A DNA stretch of 64,000 nt from Planctomycetota bacterium (lineage in GTDB: Bacteria; Planctomycetota; GCA-002687715; CAIWVZ01): positions 416,001 through 480,000 of the forward strand of contig JBGANV010000001.1 of assembly GCA_044222185.1 (NCBI GenBank), in the 5' to 3' direction. The notes under the pieces are model-generated. The model did no database searches and had not been told where the DNA came from. It saw only the letters and a list, made by a program, of their open reading frames with translations. Shown here piece after piece: positions 19,850 to 28,518 of this stretch. The stretch's first letter is position 1. Each line of letters starts with the position of its first letter. The translations under genes were made by a program, and so were the position numbers.

Positions 19850-21598
19850 TCAAAATGCGACCGATGCGCGTGACGCGTTGGTCGGGTCGAGCGTCAGGAA
19901 GCCCGTGTACGACGTCGGCGTTCCCGTGGGACTCGTCGTCGTCACGGTGACGGCGAGACCGGCCATCGCGCCGCCGGGCACCGCCGTGCTGCTTGGCGGA
20001 ACGACGGTCGGGCAGTCGAACTCGAAGGTCTGTCCCGTGAACACACCCGGTGCGAAGTTGAATTCGAGCCGGCGGAACCAGAGATTCGTCGGGTAAGTCG
20101 AGTGCGGAAGCTGGAGGCGCGCGCCCGTGTTCGCCGCCGGATCGCAGATGGATGCGGGAGTGCCCGAATAGTCCAGACCGCACACGATGTCACTGGCCTT
20201 GCGATACGTACCCCGGCATCCTGGCGCGACGCTGTTGCCGCCCTCGAACCGGTCGGTCACCCCGCCAGCGCCGGCGTCGAAGTGTCGAGCCGTCTGCGCC
20301 GGAACGCTGGACGCCGACCAATCGAGGACGACGCGGGTGATCGGATCCCTGGGGGTTGCCGCGGCACCACCCAGGTGCAGCACTCTCCAGAATCCGCGGC
20401 GAACGTCCGCGTTGCGGTCCGTGGGTCCCGATGCCTCGACGACGATGTCGCCTGGCGGTGGTGCGACGGTGACGTTCTGCACGTGACTGAGGTTGAAGCC
20501 ATCCGGCATCGTCGGATCCAGGATGAGCAGTTGCGTTGCATACGTGAACGTCGACGCGGCCGCTGGCTGGCGGAACCTCGCGTCGATGGATCCGGGCCAC
20601 GGAACGGCGAAGCTCGCCGTGGCGCCACCGAGGATCCAGGTGGCCAGGAGAGGGTCGACGTTCACCTTCTGGCCTCCGGCGGTGACGAGTCCGCCGGCGT
20701 TCGCTGGAACGGCCGGCGCCGCCGCCGTCAGCAGGAAATCGAAGGGGCGACCGGTCTGCCATGCGCCTGCGCGAAGGTTGGCGACTCCGGCTTCGCCGCC
20801 GAAGCGCGCGTAGTTCATGGGGACGAGCGTTCCCGGATCGGAGGCCCCGTCGATCGAGACGGAGGCTCCGTAGTGATTCGTTTGGTATTGGCCGAGTGAG
20901 TTCGCGCATCCTCCGAAATTCGGGACGTAGGCGATTCCCACGATGGGGGCGCTTTCGTTCACGGGGTTGAACTGGGTCGTCGTCCAGCTCGCAGCGGTGC
21001 AGCTGGACGTGTTGCCGTAACGCATGGCGCCGAGGCCACCGACGCTGCCGATTGCCACGTCGAGCTGCGTGCCCCAGGACGACGTCGTCCCGCACTTCGC
21101 GACCTCGATCACGAGATCGAAGCCGAGGGTCGGGTCGTAATCGAACGGGACTTGCAGGCCGAGCGGGACCCACGTGCCTACGGGCCCCGGGCCCGGCGCA
21201 AACGGCCCCGCACTGAGGGGACCGGTGCGCACTTGGACGCTCCCGAGCATGTTGGCGGCGAAGTTCGTCGCGTAGGTCGCGTAGCGGTAGTCGTTCGCCG
21301 CATAGGCCATCGTGACCGTGAGATTCGCGTACGAGAACGCTGCCACGGTGTATTGCGTGGAGAGGCTCCACTTCGGTCGGAAATAGAGCTCCGTGATCCT
21401 GATGCAAGTGTTCAGCGGAAAGTGGCGCGTGTCGTAGACGAAGTGCCATTTCCCGTCGGGGGTGTTGGCGAGCGGGTCGGACGTCCCCGACGTCCCGACC
21501 GTCTGCTCCAGGCCTGCCGGCAGCGACTGGAATTGTGCCGATGTGGTCGCCGTGCCGAGTACGAGTGCGACAACCGAGAATGCTGCGATCGAACGCAT
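19850..21598 (-). CDS. Secreted multi-domain beta-rich protein of unknown function
   Basis: Signal peptide ending TTSA/Q, GGAGG SD, three Thr/Gly-rich modules with paired cysteines. Confidence 0.8.
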   Translation of the reverse strand: MRSIAAFSVVALVLGTATTSAQFQSLPAGLEQTVGTSGTSDPLANTPDGKWHFVYDTRHFPLNTCIRITELYFRPKWSLSTQYTVAAFSYANLTVTMAYAANDYRYATYATNFAANMLGSVQVRTGPLSAGPFAPGPGPVGTWVPLGLQVPFDYDPTLGFDLVIEVAKCGTTSSWGTQLDVAIGSVGGLGAMRYGNTSSCTAASWTTTQFNPVNESAPIVGIAYVPNFGGCANSLGQYQTNHYGASVSIDGASDPGTLVPMNYARFGGEAGVANLRAGAWQTGRPFDFLLTAAAPAVPANAGGLVTAGGQKVNVDPLLATWILGGATASFAVPWPGSIDARFRQPAAASTFTYATQLLILDPTMPDGFNLSHVQNVTVAPPPGDIVVEASGPTDRNADVRRGFWRVLHLGGAAATPRDPITRVVLDWSASSVPAQTARHFDAGAGGVTDRFEGGNSVAPGCRGTYRKASDIVCGLDYSGTPASICDPAANTGARLQLPHSTYPTNLWFRRLEFNFAPGVFTGQTFEFDCPTVVPPSSTAVPGGAMAGLAVTVTTTSPTGTPTSYTGFLTLDPTNASRASVAF

Positions 21599-21774
21599 GA
21601 ACGGTGACCTCCGCCATCCGCCGCTCTTGGGTCGGGCGGGAGTGCAGGAGTCAGGCGCGTTGTTCCGGGGCGGAGCCTAAGGCCGCGCGCGGCAGCCCGT
21701 CAACGGTCGTGGGGCGGAATGGTCGGGCAGCGCCGCCGGGCGCCGCGATGGCCGGCGGAACGCTCGCCGGCCCG

Positions 21775-22617
21775 TCACCGCCGCTGCGGCGCGCGCCGCT
21801 CGAAACTCGCCGCCGTGAAGACGTGGTGGCGGATGCCGAGATCCGCGAGCGTCAGGGAGGCTGCCGGCACGTGGGCTGCGCCGAGCATCAGGATCGCCCT
21901 TCGCTCCTTGCGTTCGACGAGGAGCGCCGCCAGGTTGCGCGCTGCTGCCGCACCTCGGCGCGCGACGTTCTTGCGGATGTTCCCGAGTAGCTCGACCTCG
22001 CGGCGCTTCAGGTCCGCGTCCGTCGGGCCCGAGGTCCAATCCGGTCGGCGCTGCAGCCGGGCGGTCTCGGTCAGTTTCTCGACCGACGACACGTCCGCGT
22101 CGTAGAGGTCGGGATCCTCGACGCCGACGACGAGGAGTTTGGGGCCGAAGTCGTGCTGGTAGCGCAGGGGCTGATAGACCGACCAGCGGTTCGGGTCGTC
22201 GCCGTTCTCGGCGGCCCACTCGAGATGGCCCAGGTGCTCCTGCCCGACGCCATCGGTGGGAAGCGGACCCTTTCTGAATTCGCAGCCGAACAGGTGGAAT
22301 CCGCGGCCCACCAGGTACGTCACAAGAGCGTGATGCTCCTTCTGCAACGCGCGGAGCTCGTCGTCGACGTAGGTGATGCCACCCCCCGTGGCGTGACGGT
22401 CGCGGATGACGACGACTTCGGGCTCGGGCGAAGTTCCGTCGACCGTCTGGATCGTCCCGAAGAACGTCAGTGCTGCAGCCAGTGGAGTGTCGGCGGGGGG
22501 CGGCTGAGGCGTGGCGCAACCTGCGCACATCGCGAGGAACAGGACCGCCCCGAAAGGCGCGGGCCGAAGCCGGCGCCGGGCGAATGCTGTGCGCGCCTCC
22601 GTGGGTGGCCCGGACAT
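21775..22617 (-). CDS. Putative lipoprotein, possible EreA/ChaN/TraB(TIKI)-fold metalloenzyme
   Basis: Lipobox-like CAGC; motif order IRDRH...GCE...GVED..LY...RRG..AARN...ILMLGAAH. Confidence 0.65.
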   Translation of the reverse strand: MSGPPTEARTAFARRRLRPAPFGAVLFLAMCAGCATPQPPPADTPLAAALTFFGTIQTVDGTSPEPEVVVIRDRHATGGGITYVDDELRALQKEHHALVTYLVGRGFHLFGCEFRKGPLPTDGVGQEHLGHLEWAAENGDDPNRWSVYQPLRYQHDFGPKLLVVGVEDPDLYDADVSSVEKLTETARLQRRPDWTSGPTDADLKRREVELLGNIRKNVARRGAAAARNLAALLVERKERRAILMLGAAHVPAASLTLADLGIRHHVFTAASFERRAPQRR

Positions 22618-22669
22618 GGGCCGGTATGATGTGCCGTCGACGGAGCGACATCAAGAAAGCCAGGCCTTC

Positions 22670-24283
22670 ATGGACCCGTTTGAAACTGCGCGCCGCATCG
22701 CCTGCGCGGCAGTGGCCGCGCTGATCGTCGCGGTCGCCGCGGCCGCCCAGCAGAGCCCCACCGAGTGGAAGCTCGTCCATCGTTCCAACGAGGGCGACCT
22801 GGGTTCCTCGACCCTCGTCCGACTTACCGGCGAGATCCGTGTCGAGGGCTTCGCCGAGCCGACCGCCGACGATGCGGGGACACGGCTTCGCGCCCGCGTC
22901 GAGTTCGACGAGAAGGGATGGGTGCGCAACTACGAACGCGAGCTGCGTACTGCACGGGATGGCACGCTCGTCTCCCGGGTCTCGATCACCGCGACGGATA
23001 CGGGGGCTCGGGGCCGCGAATCGGGGCCCGTCGGATCCCGCACGCGCACGGTCGTCGGGCCTGCGTTCGACGCGGTCGTCGACGCGGCGGCGCCGGAGCT
23101 CTTGATCCCGCCACTGCTCGACCCGGCGCGGGTGAACTTCCGTGCATTGGTCCTGCCCGACTGGGAGATCCGGACCGTCGTCATCGAGACTCGCGAGGCT
23201 GGAGCCCGCTTCGTCGCGCTCACGGGCGGCGGATTCACCGTGGCGCGGGACTCGGCGGGGCGCTTCGCCCGCATGGTCCTTCCGGGCACGGGGGCGAGGG
23301 AAATCGTGCCTGCCGGTACGGCGAGTCGCGCCGCTCGACCGCACGTCGCCGAGACGCGCGCGACGATCGACGCAGGTGAGGTTCGGATCGGTTGGACGCT
23401 CGCGTTGCCGAAGGACCTCAGCCGCCCCGTGCCGTTCGCGTTGTTCCTCGGTGACGCGGGAGAGCGCGACCGGGATGGCGTGGGTCCGGGAAGTCAGGCG
23501 GCGCTGCTGGCACAACTCGCGGCGGACCTGGCCGAGCGCGGCTTCGCCACGGCGCGCTTCGACAAGCGCGGTGCGGGCGAGAGTCGAGGCCCCGAGCCGG
23601 GACTGAAGGATCTCGTGAACGACGCGGTCGCAGTTCTCGACGCGGCGTCGAAGGATCCACGGATCGCACGCGATCGCGTCGTCGCCGTAGGCCACGGGGA
23701 AGGCGCGCTCGTCGCCTGTGAACTCGCGAGGGGGTCCGCTGGCAGGGTGCAATCGATCGTCACCCTCGCGGGCCCTGGGCGCGGAATTGCCGACTCGCTC
23801 GAGGCTCGCCTGCGCGTGACGCTCGGCGCATCGGGGGAGAAGGACGAGAACATCGAAGCTGCCGTCGCCGCCGTGCGGAACGAGATCGCCGAGCTCAAGC
23901 AATTGGCGGAGGATGCTCCGTCGCCCGCGGGACAGAAGCTCATGCGGGATCTTGCGCGTCGCGATCCCGCGAGCCTTCTGGCCGAGGTCAGCGTTCCCGC
24001 CCTCGTCATCCACGGTGCGGCCGATCCGTTCGTCCCACCGGCACACGTCGCATTGCTTCGTGCGTCGCTCGCTTTCTCGACGGCCGGCCGTGTGCGATTC
24101 CAGCTTCTCGACCACGCGGACCACGATTTCCTGCTCGTTCCGGAAGGGACGGCCGCCGGGCGAACGCCAGGCGGCGCCGATGTCGCCCGATCGCTCCACC
24201 CGAGCGTCGGTGCGCTCATCGCCGATTTCTGCCGGGGAAACTGGGCTGAGTCACGGCCGTCCGCGCCGACCGGCGGAAAGTGA
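22670..24283 (+). CDS. Exported alpha/beta-hydrolase-fold protein, nucleophile Ser apparently absent
   Basis: Signal peptide; RDRDG, LAERGFATARFDKRGAGES, GHGEG elbow, LVIHGAADPFV, HADH. Confidence 0.85.
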   Translation: MDPFETARRIACAAVAALIVAVAAAAQQSPTEWKLVHRSNEGDLGSSTLVRLTGEIRVEGFAEPTADDAGTRLRARVEFDEKGWVRNYERELRTARDGTLVSRVSITATDTGARGRESGPVGSRTRTVVGPAFDAVVDAAAPELLIPPLLDPARVNFRALVLPDWEIRTVVIETREAGARFVALTGGGFTVARDSAGRFARMVLPGTGAREIVPAGTASRAARPHVAETRATIDAGEVRIGWTLALPKDLSRPVPFALFLGDAGERDRDGVGPGSQAALLAQLAADLAERGFATARFDKRGAGESRGPEPGLKDLVNDAVAVLDAASKDPRIARDRVVAVGHGEGALVACELARGSAGRVQSIVTLAGPGRGIADSLEARLRVTLGASGEKDENIEAAVAAVRNEIAELKQLAEDAPSPAGQKLMRDLARRDPASLLAEVSVPALVIHGAADPFVPPAHVALLRASLAFSTAGRVRFQLLDHADHDFLLVPEGTAAGRTPGGADVARSLHPSVGALIADFCRGNWAESRPSAPTGGK

Positions 24284-24289
24284 TCGCCT

Positions 24290-24318
24290 TTGCGGACCCG
24301 TCTCGCAGGGGATAATCT
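24290..24318 (+). promoter_or_regulatory. sigma70-type promoter predicted to give a leaderless mRNA
   Basis: TTGCGG (24290-24295), 17 nt, TAATCT (24313-24318). ATG begins 7 nt later and has no SD. Confidence 0.55.
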
Positions 24319-24324
24319 TCCGCG

Positions 24325-25086
24325 ATGCAAACCCGCCCCGTCATTGGAATCACGCCGCGCACGATCCCGTTCTTCCATTCGGAGCGTGCCTACCCCCGCT
24401 ACGGCGTGGCGATCGCCTACGTGCGCGCCGTCGAGGTTGCCGGCGGATTGCCGGTGATCCTGCCGCAGTCGCGCGACATGCAGTTGCTGGAGGGCGCATT
24501 TCGCCTGCTCGACGGCCTGCTCCTGCCCGGCGGAATGGATGTCGACCCGTTCCATTACGGCGAAGAGCCGTTCCAGAAACTCCAGGATGTCGATCCGCTC
24601 CGCGACGAGACCGAGCTCTACCTCGCCAAGCGTGCATTGGCGGAGGATCTGCCGGTATTCGGCGTGTGCCGCGGCGAGCAGATCCTCAACGTCGCCGCCG
24701 GCGGATCCCTCTATCAGGACCTCGGCTCGCAACACGGGAGCGAGACGATCCGCCACTTCCAGCAGTTCTCTGAGGAGTGGCCGTCGCACACCGTGGAGGT
24801 CGCGCCAGGGACGATGCTCGCCGGGATCATCAACCAGTCCCGCGTCCGGGTGAACTCCTACCATCATCAGGCCGTCAAGCGCTTGGCGCCGGGGTTCCGC
24901 GTCACGGCCCAGGCCCCCGATGGGATCATCGAAGCCATCGAATCGACGACGCACACCTACGTGCTTGGTGTGCAATGGCACCCCGAGTTGTTGGTCGACA
25001 ACCTGGATTTCAACCTCGCGTTGTTCCGCCGCCACGTCGAGGCGGCGGCGCGTCATCGCGCGGAGCGGGCTGCATCGCAGCGCTGA
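24325..25086 (+). CDS. Gamma-glutamyl-gamma-aminobutyrate hydrolase family (peptidase C26, class I glutamine amidotransferase fold)
   Basis: RPVIGI, LDGLLLPGGMDV, GVCRG (catalytic Cys), VNSYHHQAV, GVQWHPE. Confidence 0.93.
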   Translation: MQTRPVIGITPRTIPFFHSERAYPRYGVAIAYVRAVEVAGGLPVILPQSRDMQLLEGAFRLLDGLLLPGGMDVDPFHYGEEPFQKLQDVDPLRDETELYLAKRALAEDLPVFGVCRGEQILNVAAGGSLYQDLGSQHGSETIRHFQQFSEEWPSHTVEVAPGTMLAGIINQSRVRVNSYHHQAVKRLAPGFRVTAQAPDGIIEAIESTTHTYVLGVQWHPELLVDNLDFNLALFRRHVEAAARHRAERAASQR

Positions 25087-26035
25087 TCCCCGACGTTGCG
25101 GATCCGCGCGCGATCGCCGCTGGTGCAATCCGTGGATGATGACCGTCGCACGTCGTCGAGCGCACGCGGATCTCACGCTGGGGGAACGGAATCTCGATCC
25201 CCGACGCCGTGAGTGCGCGATGGATGTGGAGGTTCATCCGGCTCCGATAGCGACCCGGGTCCTCGTCGTCGAGCTTCGTCCAGGCGAGCATCTCGAAGTC
25301 GAGCGATGACTCGCCGAAGCGCACGAGACGGACGTCGGGCGCGGGGTCGGGGAGCGTGAGGGGGTCGATGCGGGCACACTCCGAGAGCACGTCGATCACC
25401 CGCTCCGGATCGGAGCCGTAGGCGACAGATACGGGGAGGCGGATCCGGACCCGGGGGTCGCCGTGCGTCCAGTTCGTAACCGCCTTCGACACGAGCTCTC
25501 CGTTCGGAACGAGGACTGCGATGTTGTCCGTGCTGACGAGGAGCGACGTGCGCAGTCCGATGGAGCGCACCCGTCCGAGGACTCCCGATGTCTCGATCAG
25601 GTCACCGACTTCCACTGGTCGCGACGTGAGCAGGATGATCCCGGCTGCGAGATTACGGACGACGTCCTGGAGCCCGAATCCGACACCGAGTCCCAGTACG
25701 CCCAGGAGCACGCCCAGGCCGGTCGCATCGCAACCCAGCCGCTCCGTGCCCACGGCCACGGCGAGCAAGGTGAGAACGATGCGAAGGCATGCGACGAAGG
25801 CGAAGCGGCGACCCGGCCGAACGCCGGCGCGGCGCAAGATGGGATCGACCAGTCGGTTGGCGACGAGCCGAGCGATCACGACTCCGACGCAGACGACGAC
25901 GGCGAAGTCGGCGATGGAAGCCAGCGACCATTCGAAACCGCCGAGCGTGAGCCGGGGCTTCTGGATCGCGTCAGCCAGCCCTTGGAAGATGCGAGCCCCG
26001 AGCTCTCGAAGGGTGTCGGAGGGTGAGGGCGGCAT
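25010..26035 (-). CDS. mscS: Small-conductance mechanosensitive channel
   Basis: GLGVGFGLQDVVRNLAAG, RPVEVGDLI, IGLRTS, VPNGEL...TNW, VSVAYGSD, FGESSLDF, GIEIPFPQREI. Its low-complexity 3' tail overlaps the convergent C26 gene. Confidence 0.92.
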   Translation of the reverse strand: MPPSPSDTLRELGARIFQGLADAIQKPRLTLGGFEWSLASIADFAVVVCVGVVIARLVANRLVDPILRRAGVRPGRRFAFVACLRIVLTLLAVAVGTERLGCDATGLGVLLGVLGLGVGFGLQDVVRNLAAGIILLTSRPVEVGDLIETSGVLGRVRSIGLRTSLLVSTDNIAVLVPNGELVSKAVTNWTHGDPRVRIRLPVSVAYGSDPERVIDVLSECARIDPLTLPDPAPDVRLVRFGESSLDFEMLAWTKLDDEDPGRYRSRMNLHIHRALTASGIEIPFPQREIRVRSTTCDGHHPRIAPAAIARGSATSGISAAMQPAPRDDAPPPRRGGGTTRG

Positions 26036-26084
26036 GGTGGGTCGGATGCCGGCGCACGTTCCGGGTTTCCGGGGATAGGCCCCA

Positions 26085-26134
26085 TGAAAATGAAATCGGC
26101 CCTGGCGCCACGAGGGCGACAGGGCCGGGTTTCA
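26085..26134 (-). terminator. Intrinsic terminator after the kelch lipoprotein gene
   Basis: Minus strand UGAAACCCGGCCCUG...CAGGGCCGAUUUCA followed by UUUUCA. Confidence 0.7.
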
Positions 26135-26148
26135 GCGGGCGTTCGCGA

Positions 26149-28131
26149 TCAAGGAGTGACTGCGGAGAACTGGTTGGCCGAACCGAGCACCGCGCCGATC
26201 GGGAGGACTTCGATCGTCACGGTCGCGCCGGAGGCGACACCGTCCGCGGCGAAGTTCCAGCGGAAGTTGTAGAACGACGGGATCGCGGAATTGCCCGTCA
26301 CCTGCATCGTCGGGAAGTTTCCGGCAACCGTCGACGGGAACTGCTGGTCGATCGTCGCCAGCTGCCACGGGCCGGAGCCCTGGCGGAAGCGGATGATGAC
26401 GTAGCCGCCGTCGTTGTTGGCATCGGACACGCTGACGTTGACGAACATCGTGCCGGCGGTTCCGCTCGTCGCCGTGACTGCCGCCGCGATGACGGGCACT
26501 GCGTTGTCGAACGGGTACAGCTCGATGGTGTCGATGTAGTTCGTGGAATCGGCGCGACCACCGACGATCACGACCGCTCCGCACGAGATGGCGGTCGAGC
26601 TGTGCTCGGCGCGGGCCGTCCCCATGGACGCGACCGACGTGAACGACAGCGTTTCCGGGAGGAACAGCTCGGCCGACGTCGTTGCGTTGCCGGCTGCGGC
26701 CGTGACACCACCCGTGATCAGGACGTGGCCGTCGCCGAGGAGCGAAGCACCGTGGAAGGCGCGGGCCGTGCCCATCATGGGCGTGGTGGACGTGAAGGCA
26801 CCAGCGGCGCCGAGCTCGGGCATGAAGACCAGCGAGTGGTCGACGACGTTGCTCGGGTTGGACACTTCCTGACCACCGGCGATGAGGACCCAGCCGTTTG
26901 CGAGGCGGGTTGCCGTGTGCTGGAGGTGGTCGACGGGGCCACCAGCGACGACCGTTGCCGTCAGCGCGACGGCATCGACGAGCTCGGCGCTCAGCGGCGT
27001 CGTCGGGGCGGCAGGATCGAACCCACCGGCCACGAGGATCTTGCCGTTCGCGAGCAGGGTCGCGGTGTGCCCGGTACGCGGCGTCCCCAGTGCGACCGAG
27101 AGGGTCGTGAACGTACCCGTCGTCGGATCGAACGACTCGATCGACGAGAGGCCGGTGGGCGTCGCGCCGCCCGTATTTCCACCGATGACGATGACCTTGT
27201 TCGACGGGATCCACGTCGCCGTGTGGCCCCGGCGTGCAGCGGCCATGGGGCCGGTCGTCGGAAGGACCACTTCGGTCGGCGTGAAGCAGTAGATGTCAGC
27301 CGTGCTGCTCGCCGCGCCGGAGCCCGGGGTGTTCGTACCACCGGCGACCAACATGCGAACGCTGCCGGTCGTGGCGTCGAAGAAGAACGCGCAGGCGTGG
27401 TCATCGCGCGACTGGGCCATGGTGCCGGCAGTCGTGCGGGTGTGCGTGAGCGTGTTCGGGTCGATGACGAAACGGTCGACCGTGTCGAAAGCCGTCAGGC
27501 CCGAGAGCGAATTCGTCCGACCGCCGGCGATCACCAGGCCCTTCGAACCGACGGCCTGATCACACTGGTTCGCGCGGCCCGTGAGGCCGCCGGTGCCAGC
27601 GCCAGCACCGCTCGACCCGGACGCGGCGCCGCCGCCCGTGTAGTTGACGATGCAGGAATCACCGTCGAGGGATGCCGTCGTGCCGTCGGCGACGAGGTCC
27701 AGCAACAACGCGATGCCGTTGGCTGCGGTGAATCCCAGGTTGGCGCCTGCGTTCCAGCAGAACCGGCCCGGCACCGACTGGCCGTCGAATGCGATCACGA
27801 GGTTCGCGATGTTGCTCGTCACGCCGAGCTGGGTCTGCAGGGCTGCGGAAATTTCGGCAGCGGTGACGGCGCTCGTTGCAGCCGGAAGCACGTACTGCGC
27901 GACGATGTCGTAGGTGCCTGGGGGGCCGCTGATCGTGAAATCGACGCAGACCACGCCCTGCGCGGCGAATGTCGTCGCATCACAGCCAGTGATCGTGATC
28001 TGGAGGGGAGCCGGCCCCCCGCCTCCGCGGTGGACGTGATCGTGGCCGCAGCCAGCGATCGTCAGGCTCAGAGCGGCGATTACCGCCAACAAACAACAAG
28101 TCTTCCCGGTCGGGCTGCCCGTTACGAGCAT
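26149..28131 (-). CDS. Kelch-repeat (7-blade) lipoprotein flanked by two Ig-like domains
   Basis: Lipobox IAGC; seven hhhGG motifs (VIAGG, LVAGG, VIGG, LVAGG, LIAGG, LITGG, IVGG) with R..H.A blade starts. GGGAGG upstream. Confidence 0.88.
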   Translation of the reverse strand: MLVTGSPTGKTCCLLAVIAALSLTIAGCGHDHVHRGGGGPAPLQITITGCDATTFAAQGVVCVDFTISGPPGTYDIVAQYVLPAATSAVTAAEISAALQTQLGVTSNIANLVIAFDGQSVPGRFCWNAGANLGFTAANGIALLLDLVADGTTASLDGDSCIVNYTGGGAASGSSGAGAGTGGLTGRANQCDQAVGSKGLVIAGGRTNSLSGLTAFDTVDRFVIDPNTLTHTRTTAGTMAQSRDDHACAFFFDATTGSVRMLVAGGTNTPGSGAASSTADIYCFTPTEVVLPTTGPMAAARRGHTATWIPSNKVIVIGGNTGGATPTGLSSIESFDPTTGTFTTLSVALGTPRTGHTATLLANGKILVAGGFDPAAPTTPLSAELVDAVALTATVVAGGPVDHLQHTATRLANGWVLIAGGQEVSNPSNVVDHSLVFMPELGAAGAFTSTTPMMGTARAFHGASLLGDGHVLITGGVTAAAGNATTSAELFLPETLSFTSVASMGTARAEHSSTAISCGAVVIVGGRADSTNYIDTIELYPFDNAVPVIAAAVTATSGTAGTMFVNVSVSDANNDGGYVIIRFRQGSGPWQLATIDQQFPSTVAGNFPTMQVTGNSAIPSFYNFRWNFAADGVASGATVTIEVLPIGAVLGSANQFSAVTP

Positions 28132-28518
28132 CGGATCTTTCCTCCCACAACGTCTATTCCCGCGCTGCCGTCGCCGACGTGTTCGACCGCTCGACAGGCG
28201 TGCACTCGTTCGAGTTCATTGCCGCTCGAGCCTTCTAATTCCACGAGGCCGCTTCTTTTAAGTCTTCGGCGCAAATGGGTCAACAGGTCAACTCGGCTCC
28301 GTTTCGAAGTTTATAGAAACTGGGAGCGGGCTCCTTCGACGTTCTCGTCCGCACCCTCCCGGGGTCGGTAGGGCGGCGTCCGACGCGCGGCATCGGACAT
28401 GGGCGGACTATACCCCCCGACGGCAGGAACACGAAAACAGCTTCGGCCGGATGACGGGCGGCGGACGGCCGCTTCCGTTTCGGAGCGCGTCGCAGCGGCG
28501 TAGGATCGCGCCCACGAC

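Noticed and set aside
25010-25086. 77-bp convergent overlap of mscS and the C26 hydrolase
   Set aside because: Explained by a non-conserved run-on tail in stop-poor GC-rich DNA.
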